Positions 18,815 through 28,091 of a stretch of DNA of 64,000 bases are shown in pieces. The position numbers were made by a program, and so were the translations under genes. Source of the DNA: Thermoanaerobaculia bacterium (GTDB taxonomy: Bacteria; Acidobacteriota; Thermoanaerobaculia; Multivoradales; UBA5704); contig JBGAGQ010000031.1 in assembly GCA_044226625.1 (NCBI GenBank), positions 1 through 64,000 of the forward strand, in the 5' to 3' direction. The notes below the pieces were generated by a model that had not been told where the DNA came from, searched no databases, and saw only the letters and a list, made by a program, of their open reading frames with translations. How positions within the stretch are numbered: the first letter of the stretch is position 1; each line of letters opens with the position of its first letter.

Positions 18815-20953
18815 GTGGCCGAGGCAAAGGTTTCGACGGGCGAAAAGTCGATGGGCGAATTCCTCCTCGAGGTGCGGAGCGAAGAGATCCCGGCGCGGAT
18901 GCTCGAACCGGGCACGCGCGAGATCGCGACCCGAATCTTCGAGGAGTTGATGGCGCGGGGCGTCGGGCCGCGCGAGGTGGAGACCGGCTACACGCCGCGC
19001 CGCCTCGTGCTGGTTCTCTCCGGCCTGCCCGAGCGCGAGGCGGACCGCGAAGAGCAGGTGCTCGGACCGCCGGTGCGCGCGGCGTACAACGCCGAAGGCG
19101 CTCCGACGCCGGCTCTGCTCGGTTTCGCCAAGCGCTGCGGCGTGGCGCCCGAGGAGTTGGTACGGATCGCGACGGAGAAAGGCGAGTATCTCGCCGCCAA
19201 GCAGCACACGACGGGCCGGGCGACGCGCGAGATCCTCGCCGAGCTCGTGCCGCGGGTGCTCGCCGGCATCTCCTGGCCGAAGGTGATGCGGTGGGGAGCC
19301 GGCGACGGACCCTGGGTGCGTCCTGTCCAGGGGCTGCTGGCGTTGCTCGACGGAGAGGTCGTTCCGATGAGCTTCTTCGACGTCGCGACCGGGGACTGGA
19401 CGGTCGGACACCCGATCCTCTCGCCCGCCCCGTTCGCGGTCGCCGATGCCGCCGACTATCGGTCGAAGCTCGCCGCGCTCGGCATCGAGGTGCGGCACGC
19501 CGCGCGGCGCGAGCGTCTGCACGCCGCGATGGAAGAGGAGGCGCGCTCGCTCTCGGGCCGGCTAGTGGAGGACGACGCCCTGCTCGACAAGCTCGCGGCG
19601 CTGTGCGAGATCCCGGGGGTGATGTCCGGGTCTTTCGATCCGGCGTTCCTCGCCCTCCCCGCCGAGGTCCTCGCGACGAGCCTGCGCGACCATCAGAGCG
19701 CGCTCACGATCGAAGGGGAGTCGGGGCTCCTGCCCGCTTTCCTCACGGTGATGGATCGGCCGGACGATCCGATCGGCCGCGTGCGCTCGGGTAACGAGTA
19801 CGTGGTCGCCGCGCGGCTTGCCGACGCCAAGTTCTTCTACGGCGAGGATCGCAAGGGAAAGCTCGCGCCGAAGGCCGGTCGCCTCGACTCGCTCGGATTC
19901 CACGAGAGACTCGGCACCTACGGCGAGAAGGCGGAGCGGCTCGCGCTCCTCGCCGAGTCGATCTGTCGGCGGCTCGGCTCCGACGCCGAGGAGACCGGCG
20001 CGGCGGTCGAAGCGGCTCGCCTCCTCAAGGTGGACTTGACGACCGAGATGGTCAAGGAGTTCACCTCGCTCCAGGGGATCGTGGGCGGCATCTATGCGCG
20101 CGAGGACGGCCATTCCGAGGCCGTCTGGCAGGCGATCTACGACCAGTACCAGCCGGCCTCGACCGAGGACGCGATTCCTCGCGGCAAGGTCGGCCGAATC
20201 GCGGGCCTCGCCGACCGGATCGACACCCTCGCCGGCATCTTCGGGCTCGGCTTGGTGCCGACCGGTTCGAAGGACCCGTTCGGCCTGCGTCGCGCGGCCC
20301 AGGGCGTGGTGCGGATCGCCTTGGAAGGGGGGCTCTCCCTCGACCTCGAAGCGCTGGCCCGCGACGCGGTCGGCCTCTACCGGGAGAAGCTCAGCCGCTC
20401 GGCCGACGAGGTGCTGACACTGCTGCGGCCGTTCCTCGCCGACCGCATTCGCCACGTCCTCGGTCTCCTCGGCTTCGCCTACGATGAGATCGAGGCGGCG
20501 CTCGCCGCCGAGGGCGCGAAGGGGATGGCCAGCCTGCCGGACTTGAAGGCGCGGGTCGCGGCACTCAAGAAGGTGCGCGGCGAGGAGCGCTTCCTCTCCG
20601 TCGTCCTTTCGGCCAAGCGGATCGCCAACATCGTCAAGGACGCGCCGGACCAGGATCTCGAGCCTTCGGCGCTCGCCGAACCGGCCGAGCGCGAGCTCTA
20701 CGACGAGCTTTCGGACCTCCGGGCCGAAATCGTCGAGGCGATGGCCGAGCGCGACTACGAGCGGGTTCTGTTCCGCACCGCCGACCTCGCCCCCGTGCTG
20801 GACAAGTTCTTCGTCGAGGTTTTGGTCATGGACCCCGATCCGGAGGTCCGAGCGAACCGGATCGCGCTGCTCCAGGCGATCCACCGGACGATTTCGCGGA
20901 CGGCGAAGCTCACCGAGATGGTGGTCGACAAAGCGGAGTTGCGAGGGCGGTAG
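18815..20953 (+). CDS. glyS: Glycine--tRNA ligase beta subunit
   Basis: FLLEVRSEEIPA, TPRRL, WVRPV, ARLADAKFF, MVKEFTSLQG, TGSKDPFGLRR; AAGGAGG RBS before GTG 18815 (alternative ATG 18851). Confidence 0.95.
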   Translation: MAEAKVSTGEKSMGEFLLEVRSEEIPARMLEPGTREIATRIFEELMARGVGPREVETGYTPRRLVLVLSGLPEREADREEQVLGPPVRAAYNAEGAPTPALLGFAKRCGVAPEELVRIATEKGEYLAAKQHTTGRATREILAELVPRVLAGISWPKVMRWGAGDGPWVRPVQGLLALLDGEVVPMSFFDVATGDWTVGHPILSPAPFAVADAADYRSKLAALGIEVRHAARRERLHAAMEEEARSLSGRLVEDDALLDKLAALCEIPGVMSGSFDPAFLALPAEVLATSLRDHQSALTIEGESGLLPAFLTVMDRPDDPIGRVRSGNEYVVAARLADAKFFYGEDRKGKLAPKAGRLDSLGFHERLGTYGEKAERLALLAESICRRLGSDAEETGAAVEAARLLKVDLTTEMVKEFTSLQGIVGGIYAREDGHSEAVWQAIYDQYQPASTEDAIPRGKVGRIAGLADRIDTLAGIFGLGLVPTGSKDPFGLRRAAQGVVRIALEGGLSLDLEALARDAVGLYREKLSRSADEVLTLLRPFLADRIRHVLGLLGFAYDEIEAALAAEGAKGMASLPDLKARVAALKKVRGEERFLSVVLSAKRIANIVKDAPDQDLEPSALAEPAERELYDELSDLRAEIVEAMAERDYERVLFRTADLAPVLDKFFVEVLVMDPDPEVRANRIALLQAIHRTISRTAKLTEMVVDKAELRGR

Positions 20954-21033
20954 GGGCGTTTTGTCCGCAATCGACGCGGTGCCATGTCCGGCGGATTCTC
21001 CGCCCGACCGGAAAAGCTTCGCCTCGGCTGTCC

Positions 21034-21600
21034 TCAAGCTTCCAGCGATTTGAGCTGTCCGTAAAGCCATGCGCGGGCGCTCGCCCAACGGCGGTTCACC
21101 GTCGCTTCGCCGATCGAGAGCGCGGCCGCGGTTTCGGGGATCGAGAGCCCGCCGAAGAAACGGAGCTCGACGATGCGCGCCTGGTCGGCGTCGAGGCGGG
21201 CGAGCCGGTCGAGCGCCTGGTCGAGGGCGAGCAGATCGACTTGAGCTCCCGCCACCAGGGCGAGGCTGTCCTCGAGCGTGATCGTGAGCGCTCCGCCGCC
21301 GCGTTTGCTCGCCTCGTGCGCCCTGGCGTGGTCGACCAGGATGCGCCGCATCACGCGCGAGGCGAAGGCGAAGAAGTGGAGGCGGCTCTCCCAGCTCGCC
21401 TGACGGCGGTCGAGGAGACGGAGATACAGCTCGTTGACCAGGGCGGTCGGCTGCAAGGTGTGATCGCCCCGCTCGTTGCGGAATTGGCGACGAGCCCGAG
21501 ATTTGAGCTCCTCTTCGACCAGCGGCATCAGCCGCTCCAGCGCCTCTCGGCTCCCCTCGTTCCAGTTGAGCAGGAGCGCGGTGACTTCGCTCGGCTCCAT
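21034..21600 (-). CDS. ECF sigma factor, kinase-associated type (ECF43/TIGR02999-like)
   Basis: HTLQPTALVNELYLRL, HFFAFASRVMRRILVDHAR, KRGGG, VELRFFGGLS, W..ARAWL. Confidence 0.92.
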   Translation of the reverse strand: MEPSEVTALLLNWNEGSREALERLMPLVEEELKSRARRQFRNERGDHTLQPTALVNELYLRLLDRRQASWESRLHFFAFASRVMRRILVDHARAHEASKRGGGALTITLEDSLALVAGAQVDLLALDQALDRLARLDADQARIVELRFFGGLSIPETAAALSIGEATVNRRWASARAWLYGQLKSLEA

Positions 21601-24600
21601 CACGACTCTCCCGATCTCTTCGTCCGGCGGTTCATGGCCTGGTAACGGGCGGCCTCGGTGGGGCGGCCCCAGGCGGAATAGAGCTGGACGAGCAGGTCCA
21701 GGTCTCGCGGCGATGGGGGCTTTGCCTCTTGGTTGGTTTTACGGAGCAGACGGGTCAAATGTATCTCCGCCTCGGGGAAACGCCGGCTCGCTGTCAATGC
21801 CTGGCCGAGCGTACGGTGCCCCGCGCGCACCCACGGATCATCCGCCGGGAGCGCTTTCTCGAGGACCGCGAGGGCCGCTTCGGCCCCTTCCGACGCCCGG
21901 ACCGGATCGGAGCTCTTGAGCCTCGCCTCGGCGAGCGACAGTCGGACCATCGCCACGTTCAGATGATCGGGACCGAAGGTCGTCTCGAGAAAACGAAGCG
22001 CTTCTTCGAATCGGCTCTTTGCCGAGGGGAGGTCGCCCAGCTCGACCTCGATCGAACCGAGGTTGTTGAGCGCCGCCGCGAGGTCGAGCGGCAGCGTCGC
22101 GGGATTTCCTCGGGCGATCCGAAGCGCTTGAACGTAGAAGCTTCGCGCGGCGGGAAGGTTCTGTCGGCGCTGTTCCAGCTGGCCGAGGTTGTTGAGGATC
22201 GTGGCCACCTGGGGATGGTTTGGACCGAGCGCCGCGCGGCTGGTGCGCAACGCCTCGGAGAGAAGGGCCTCCGCCTCCGCGTAGCGCCCCTGCCCGCCGA
22301 CCAGGCGGGCGAGATTGTTGAGCGTCGTCGCGGTCTCCGGATGCCCGGGGGGGAGGCCGCCGCGCCGCAATTGGAGCGCTTGGCGGAAGAGCGCCTCCGC
22401 CTCCTCGGTGCGGCCGCGGCCCTGGAGCAGGTCGCCCAAGTTTTGACCGACCGTCGCGCGTAGCGGATGGTCCGGAGCCGTGGTGCGGTCGAGCACGCCG
22501 AGCGCCTGACGGTAGAGAGCCTCCGCGTCCTCCGGCCGCCCCTGTCGCTCGCGCAGGAGGGCCTGGTTGTTGAGGGTGGTCGCCAGGTCCGGGTGGGCAG
22601 CAGCCCCATAGAGGCGCCGTTCGATGGCCTCGGCTTGTCGCAGCTCTCCCTCAGCTTCCGGGAACCGCCCCAGCTCCAGCAGAAAGAGGCCGAAATCGTT
22701 CCGCGCGACGGCGACGTCCGGGTGGTCGGCGCCGAGAGTCTCGGTCCGAAGCGCGATCGCTTCGCGAAAACGCCGCTCGGTGACCTCGGGCCTGCCTTCG
22801 GCACGTTCGAAGATCGCCGTTCGATGGAGCACGCCGGCGATCGTCGAGCGATCTCCAAGCTTGCGCGCGGCGGCAAGCGCCTCGGCGAACAGGTCGGCCG
22901 ATTCGCGTCGCTTGCCAAGCAGCTCGAGCGCCCGCGCGAGCTGGACCAGAGCGTTCACCGCGGGTTTGCCGGGCGGCGACTCACGGCGCCGGATCGCGAC
23001 CGCGAGCCGGAGCTCTCGCTCCGCTCCGGCGAAGTCGCCGGCGAAAGTCTTCGCCTCGGCGAGCTCTTGGCGCACCTCGGCGACGGATGGACTGCCTGCC
23101 GGCTCCGAACGGAGCCGCTCGGCGAGCGCTCGGGCGAGCGCTCGCTCGGCCTCCTCGTACAGACCGAGCTGCTTGTAGGAACGACCGATCGTGAGTAGCA
23201 GATCGGCGAGGACCTGAGGCTCACGGCCGAGCTCGGATTCGATCTTCCGCGCGCCCTGGTCGAGCAGCTCGCGCGCGGTGAGCGCCTTGCCGCGCGATTG
23301 GGCGGGATCGGGATTCGCGAAGACCTCGGAGAGGAAGGTCGAGACGGTCTCCGCCCGGTGGGTTTGACGGAGGAGCGCCAGGCGTTGCACCCAGAGGACG
23401 GCGACCAGGAGGCTCAGAACGAGGAACGAGGCGCCGGTCGTCGCCGAGGCCCAGACATTGCGGCGCAGGAACTTGCCCGTGCGGTAGAAAAACGTGTCCG
23501 GCCGCGCGAGCACCGGCCGCCCGTCGAGGTGCGCTTCGAGGTCCGCGGCGAGCTGATCGGCCGAACCGTAACGACGCTCGGGCTCCTTGGCGAGAGCCTT
23601 CGTCAGGATCGTGTCGAGATCGCCCGCGAGGCGGCGGGCGAGCGCGCGTGGGTCGGTCGCTCGGTGCCGCGCGGCCGCGTCGGGCTCGACGCCGCGGGCT
23701 CCCGTTTCGAGCGGAAGGAGAATGGCGGCGGACGGTTTTTCCGGCTCGTCCCGGACGATCGCCTGGGCGAGGCGGTCGAGGCCGACGCTCCGCACGGCCA
23801 CCCGATACGGGGAGCGACCGACGAGCGACTCGTAGAGCAGCACGCCGAGCGAATAGACGTCGGATCCCGCGGTGATCGCACCTCCCGCGACCTGCTCGGG
23901 GCTCGCGTACTCCGGGGTGAGCGGCGCCACGCCGAGCTCCGTCGCCGGCACGGTGAGCGAGAGGGCGTGGGGCTCCAAGATCTTCGCGATGCCGAAGTCG
24001 AGGAGCTTGGGCTCGCCGTCCTCGGTGACCAGGATGTTCGCCGGTTTGAGATCGCGGTGTACGACCAGATGGCGGTGCGCGTACTGCACGGCGCTCGCGA
24101 CTTTCACCATCAGGCGCAACCGGGCCTCGACGGTCAGTTGCCGATCGTCGCACCAGCGGTCGATCGGCGTCCCCTCGATCAGCTCCATCACCAGATAGGG
24201 TTGGCCCCCCGGGGTGGTGCCACCGTCGAGCAGCGTCGCGATGTTCGGATGATCGAGCTGGGCCAGGATCTGGCGTTCGGCCCGAAAGCGGGAGACCAGC
24301 TCCGGCCGCCGGTACGCGCCGTCGAGCACTTTGATCGCGACCGGCTTGCGATAGGCATCGTCGTTTCGTTCGGCCCGGTAGACTCTTCCCATTCCCCCTT
24401 GGCCCAGCGGCCCGAGGATGCGGTAAGGTCCGAGGCTCTCCGGCAGAGACGAATCGAGGTCACCGTCCTCGGACGGTGAGTCGATCGAATGCGCGAGCGC
24501 TGCGGGCTGGCGGAGGAACTCGTCCGCTTCCGAATGCCAAGCGAGCATCCCCTCGACCTCGCGCGAAAGCTCCGGATCGCGAGAGCGTAGAACGGCCAGA

Positions 24601-24686
24601 GCCGCCGAGCGTTCAGGGACGGGCAGGTCGACCAGCTCTTCGAACTGGTCGCGCACCTGATGCCATCTTTCGCGATTCTCCGCCAT
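21600..24686 (-). CDS. Ser/Thr protein kinase with one TM helix and many C-terminal TPR (TPR_12-like) repeats
   Basis: GQGGMG, VAIK, HRDLKPAN, LLDFGIAK, TPEYASPEQ, GDLDTI..KAL, repeated HPxxAxxLNNL. Confidence 0.93.
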   Translation of the reverse strand: MAENRERWHQVRDQFEELVDLPVPERSAALAVLRSRDPELSREVEGMLAWHSEADEFLRQPAALAHSIDSPSEDGDLDSSLPESLGPYRILGPLGQGGMGRVYRAERNDDAYRKPVAIKVLDGAYRRPELVSRFRAERQILAQLDHPNIATLLDGGTTPGGQPYLVMELIEGTPIDRWCDDRQLTVEARLRLMVKVASAVQYAHRHLVVHRDLKPANILVTEDGEPKLLDFGIAKILEPHALSLTVPATELGVAPLTPEYASPEQVAGGAITAGSDVYSLGVLLYESLVGRSPYRVAVRSVGLDRLAQAIVRDEPEKPSAAILLPLETGARGVEPDAAARHRATDPRALARRLAGDLDTILTKALAKEPERRYGSADQLAADLEAHLDGRPVLARPDTFFYRTGKFLRRNVWASATTGASFLVLSLLVAVLWVQRLALLRQTHRAETVSTFLSEVFANPDPAQSRGKALTARELLDQGARKIESELGREPQVLADLLLTIGRSYKQLGLYEEAERALARALAERLRSEPAGSPSVAEVRQELAEAKTFAGDFAGAERELRLAVAIRRRESPPGKPAVNALVQLARALELLGKRRESADLFAEALAAARKLGDRSTIAGVLHRTAIFERAEGRPEVTERRFREAIALRTETLGADHPDVAVARNDFGLFLLELGRFPEAEGELRQAEAIERRLYGAAAHPDLATTLNNQALLRERQGRPEDAEALYRQALGVLDRTTAPDHPLRATVGQNLGDLLQGRGRTEEAEALFRQALQLRRGGLPPGHPETATTLNNLARLVGGQGRYAEAEALLSEALRTSRAALGPNHPQVATILNNLGQLEQRRQNLPAARSFYVQALRIARGNPATLPLDLAAALNNLGSIEVELGDLPSAKSRFEEALRFLETTFGPDHLNVAMVRLSLAEARLKSSDPVRASEGAEAALAVLEKALPADDPWVRAGHRTLGQALTASRRFPEAEIHLTRLLRKTNQEAKPPSPRDLDLLVQLYSAWGRPTEAARYQAMNRRTKRSGES

Positions 24687-24791
24687 AGGGATCGAGAGCG
24701 AATCGGTTCTAACTCAACGCCGGTTCGCGAGTCCAGCGTTCGGCCGTCGATTGCGCTCCGGATGCCACGAAAGACACGGGAGGTATGAATC

Positions 24792-26501
24792 ATGACTAGA
24801 AGATTCTTGAAAATCATTTCGATTCTTACGGTCAAGCCGAGGAGTCGAACCGCGCTCGCAGCGATCACAGCCGTCGGAGCCCTTTCCGCCTTCCAGCCGC
24901 AACCGGCGGTGGCGGAGTGCCCTCCCGCGGCTTTGCAGCTGCTGGTCCTGCCGGGCGCCACGGTCGTTTACCTCGACAAATCCGAGCTCGGGCTTTCGCC
25001 GGGTGCGCTGCAGTGGACCTCGGCGCTCCACGGTGTCGTCACCGACGCCGGAACGCGGCTTGCTTATTCGCCGAACGCGAGCTACTGGGACCTGGGGGTC
25101 GACAGCATCGTGGTGAGCACGCCGGGCCGCAACGATCAGCCGAAGGCGGTGCTCTGGATCGCGGGAACCCGCCACGCTCAGCCTTCGATCGAGGATTTTG
25201 AGAACCCCGGGAATCCGAACTGGGATCTCGGCAACTTCGATCCGACCGCGATCTCGACCCTCGGCAGGCTTTCGGGCAATTACGGTCTTCGTTTCAACAC
25301 GATCGACGGGGGCGGCTCGACCTCCGCGACGATGGCCCAAGGCCCGGATGGCAACGGTGCGACCGCGGGAGGCGGCGCCACCTCGGGATGGCAGCCACCG
25401 GGCGGTGGCGGCGGTTCGAACGGCACCTGTGGGGAAGATGGCACGCTCTGTCCGGCCGGCGTCTGGCATCGCTTCCTCGAAGGAGATGGCAACGACGATG
25501 GGCTGATCGACCACTCCGTCTATTTCAAGGAAAACGGGAATCAGGTTCTGGTCGGGCTCTCGGAAGGGGCGAGCCTTCCCTTGAGCGGAGAGCCGCAGGC
25601 GGTAACGACCGTTTCCCGGCAGGCGCATTTCCTCGAGCTGATCCACTGGCCTTCCTCCGAAGGGAGGGCCGCCGGTGCGGCGCTCTGGATCGACGGCGGG
25701 CTCAAGCTCCAGGTCGCCACCCCCGGGCACGGCTGGGCGTTCGCGGACTCCCTTTCGGCCTTTACCTTCCGCGAGGTACCCGCAACGTACGCTCCGGGGA
25801 TGAACGACGCGGCCCATTCTTTCGACAACCTTGCGGTGTTCCGCGTAACCGGTTCGGCACGCTTCGAGTGCCTGGCGCTCGACGGCTTCGACAACGGTGC
25901 GATCGACCCGGTCTGGACTCAATACAACGCGGGAAATCTCTCGGTCCACTCCGGTGCGGCGCTCGTTGGGAAGCAAGGTCTCGACGTCCACTTGGAAGAC
26001 CTCGGCACCAACGTCGGCGGCTTGCTCCGGCTCTTGTCGGCTCCCTCGCGCGGTCGGCACGGCCTGCGCCTTCGCTTCGACCCGAACACGCCGGAATTCA
26101 CGACCGGGGGCACGTTCAACCTGGTCGTCGGGATCCAGTCGGAATCGGTGCCGCGTCCCTTCGTCGCCTTGATGAAACGCAACACCGCCGGACAGCTACT
26201 GCTGGTGTTCCAGACTCGAGACGATGGGGGCGGCAGCAAGAGCACGCAGATCGCGATCACCGACGCCCCGCACGTCCTGGAAATCGATTGGCAGCGCTCC
26301 TCGACCGTCCACGCCCACACCGGTACTTTCAGGGCCTGGCTCGACGGGACGTTGGTGGCCGAGCACCTCAACGTCGACAGCGACGCCCAATCGCTCAACG
26401 AGCTCCGCGTCGGCGCTTCCGGCGCCCCGGGCGCGGTGAAGGGGCACGTCTTCGTCGATCAGGTCGAGACCTGGGCGGAGACGTTGCCGCTGGCCCAATA
26501 G
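24792..26501 (+). CDS. Secreted protein with two tandem LamG/lectin-like beta-sandwich repeats
   Basis: Signal peptide; internal duplication (DFEN..SGNYGL..HFLEL..WIDG versus DGFDN..VGKQGL..HVLEIDW..WLDG); Gly-rich linker. Confidence 0.65.
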   Translation: MTRRFLKIISILTVKPRSRTALAAITAVGALSAFQPQPAVAECPPAALQLLVLPGATVVYLDKSELGLSPGALQWTSALHGVVTDAGTRLAYSPNASYWDLGVDSIVVSTPGRNDQPKAVLWIAGTRHAQPSIEDFENPGNPNWDLGNFDPTAISTLGRLSGNYGLRFNTIDGGGSTSATMAQGPDGNGATAGGGATSGWQPPGGGGGSNGTCGEDGTLCPAGVWHRFLEGDGNDDGLIDHSVYFKENGNQVLVGLSEGASLPLSGEPQAVTTVSRQAHFLELIHWPSSEGRAAGAALWIDGGLKLQVATPGHGWAFADSLSAFTFREVPATYAPGMNDAAHSFDNLAVFRVTGSARFECLALDGFDNGAIDPVWTQYNAGNLSVHSGAALVGKQGLDVHLEDLGTNVGGLLRLLSAPSRGRHGLRLRFDPNTPEFTTGGTFNLVVGIQSESVPRPFVALMKRNTAGQLLLVFQTRDDGGGSKSTQIAITDAPHVLEIDWQRSSTVHAHTGTFRAWLDGTLVAEHLNVDSDAQSLNELRVGASGAPGAVKGHVFVDQVETWAETLPLAQ

Positions 26502-26511
26502 AAGGTGATGA

Positions 26512-26539
26512 GATGGGGCGGACCGCGGTCCGCCCCATC
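26512..26539. terminator. Perfect 28-bp palindrome, probable terminator between convergent genes
   Basis: GATGGGGCGGACCG|CGGTCCGCCCCATC, 10 bp after the stop of 24792..26501. Confidence 0.65.
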
Positions 26540-26714
26540 CAGCGGTTTTGCAGCGCTGCAATTCTCCTGAGCCCCGGTGCCCGGAGGCTCGGGGCGGCTG
26601 CCAGGATGGAGTGGACCGCCGCAGGTGCGGAGCGTACTTCGGCCCGGACGGAGAGAACCGGGATCCGTTGCCGCTCTACTTCTGCCGAGACAGCCGGCCT
26701 GCCTTCGAGGCTTT

Positions 26715-27356
26715 TTAGGAGGCCAGGCGGCGGACGCCTTCGGCGGCACTCCAAGCGGCGCTGGCGACGAGCAGAAACCCGATCGCACGGGCGACGCCGC
26801 GCAACATAGCGGGATGGCGGCCGAGCCACCCCCGGGCGCGGTCGGCGGACAGGACGAGCGCGCCGTAGACCCCGAGCTGCGTGGCGGTGATGATCGCCCC
26901 AAGCTGCAGCGCCTGACCGGCGATCGGCCCGTAGGCCGGGCGGACGAACTGGGGAAAGATCGCTAGCATGAAGGCATAGGCCTTCGGATTCAGCAGGTTG
27001 GTGAGCGCGCCACGGCGGAACGTGGCGACGCGGGAGGGGACCACCTCTCCCTCCGGCGCGCCGAGCGTGGCGCCGCTCCGGAACAGGGAGATCCCGATCC
27101 AGGCCATGTAGGCCGCGCCGACGAAGAGCAGGACGGAGAAGGCGGCCGGAAACAGCTGGAGCACCGCCGCGATCCCGAGCCCACCGATCGTGACGTGGCA
27201 GATCCCTCCCGCGACGATGCCCAGAATCGCCGCGAATCCGAGGCTTCTTCCCCCGACCAGGGCGTTGCCGAGGATGAACGCCATGTCGAGCCCCGGCAGG
27301 ATCACAATCCCGAAGACCAGGGTGAAGAAGAGAAGGAGGTTGGCCGCAGGGATCAT
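26715..27356 (-). CDS. LysE/RhtB family translocator
   Basis: PGLDMAFI, GAAYMAWIG, FRRGALTNLLNPKA, FPQFV. Confidence 0.9.
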   Translation of the reverse strand: MIPAANLLLFFTLVFGIVILPGLDMAFILGNALVGGRSLGFAAILGIVAGGICHVTIGGLGIAAVLQLFPAAFSVLLFVGAAYMAWIGISLFRSGATLGAPEGEVVPSRVATFRRGALTNLLNPKAYAFMLAIFPQFVRPAYGPIAGQALQLGAIITATQLGVYGALVLSADRARGWLGRHPAMLRGVARAIGFLLVASAAWSAAEGVRRLAS

Positions 27357-27365
27357 CGGGCGGCC

Positions 27366-27983
27366 CTATTTCTCGGCCGGAGCCGCGGGCGAGCCGTCGT
27401 CGCGGGTGAAGTCCATGATCCAGTTCGTCTCCCAGGTCTTGCCGCCGTCGGGCGAGAACGCCTGCTCCCAGCGTGGATGGGGCGTCGAGATGCGCGACCA
27501 AATGTATCGGACGACGATCGGCTTGCCGGCGAAGACGTCGGGTCCTTCGAAAACTCCTTGGTCGCCGCGAAAGGCCCCGATCACCGGCGGCTGAAGCGCG
27601 CCGGTCCGGTTGTCGGCCCAGTAGATCGCCCAGGTTTTCTGGGTGGGATCGAAGAAGCGGAACGACATCCCGCGGAAGCCTTCCCAATAGTCCGTGACGA
27701 ATTCGTCTTCATTGGCCATTCCATCGAGGTTGGGATGGCAGTCGTTCGTCGCCTCGAACTCGAGCCATTCCGTCGAGCCCGCGAGCCGCGCCGCCAGTCG
27801 CCGGTTGTGGACTTTCCAGCGGCCGAACAGGAAGTCGAAATCGTGCCGGCCGTCGTTCGGATCGATGACGGGCGCCGACTTCGACGGTCCGGTGGGAGAG
27901 GTCGGTGGCGCGGCCAGAGTGGGCAGGGCTCCGGCGACGGCGAGAACGGTGAGAAGAGATAGGGGCAGGAGATCGGCGTTCAT
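27366..27983 (-). CDS. DUF1579-like protein with N-terminal signal-like extension
   Basis: HDFDFLFGRWKVHNRRL, WAIYWAD, RWEQAFSPDGGKTWETNW; AAGGAG RBS before ATG 27983. Confidence 0.8.
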   Translation of the reverse strand: MNADLLPLSLLTVLAVAGALPTLAAPPTSPTGPSKSAPVIDPNDGRHDFDFLFGRWKVHNRRLAARLAGSTEWLEFEATNDCHPNLDGMANEDEFVTDYWEGFRGMSFRFFDPTQKTWAIYWADNRTGALQPPVIGAFRGDQGVFEGPDVFAGKPIVVRYIWSRISTPHPRWEQAFSPDGGKTWETNWIMDFTRDDGSPAAPAEK

Positions 27984-28052
27984 GGAAGCTCCTTCGAGAG
28001 ATTCGGCGGCTCGATTCGTGGTCCGGCGACGAGGGGAGCGTACGAATCGATG

Positions 28053-28069
28053 AGGACAGAATCTGCCCT
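28053..28069. promoter_or_regulatory. Palindromic operator, probable binding site of the adjacent WYL regulator
   Basis: AGGACAGA-A-TCTGCCCT (one mismatch) in the divergent promoter region; TAGACT -10-like hexamer 6 nt before the WYL ATG. Confidence 0.55.
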
Positions 28070-28091
28070 GATTCGGACGTAGACTTTCGGC

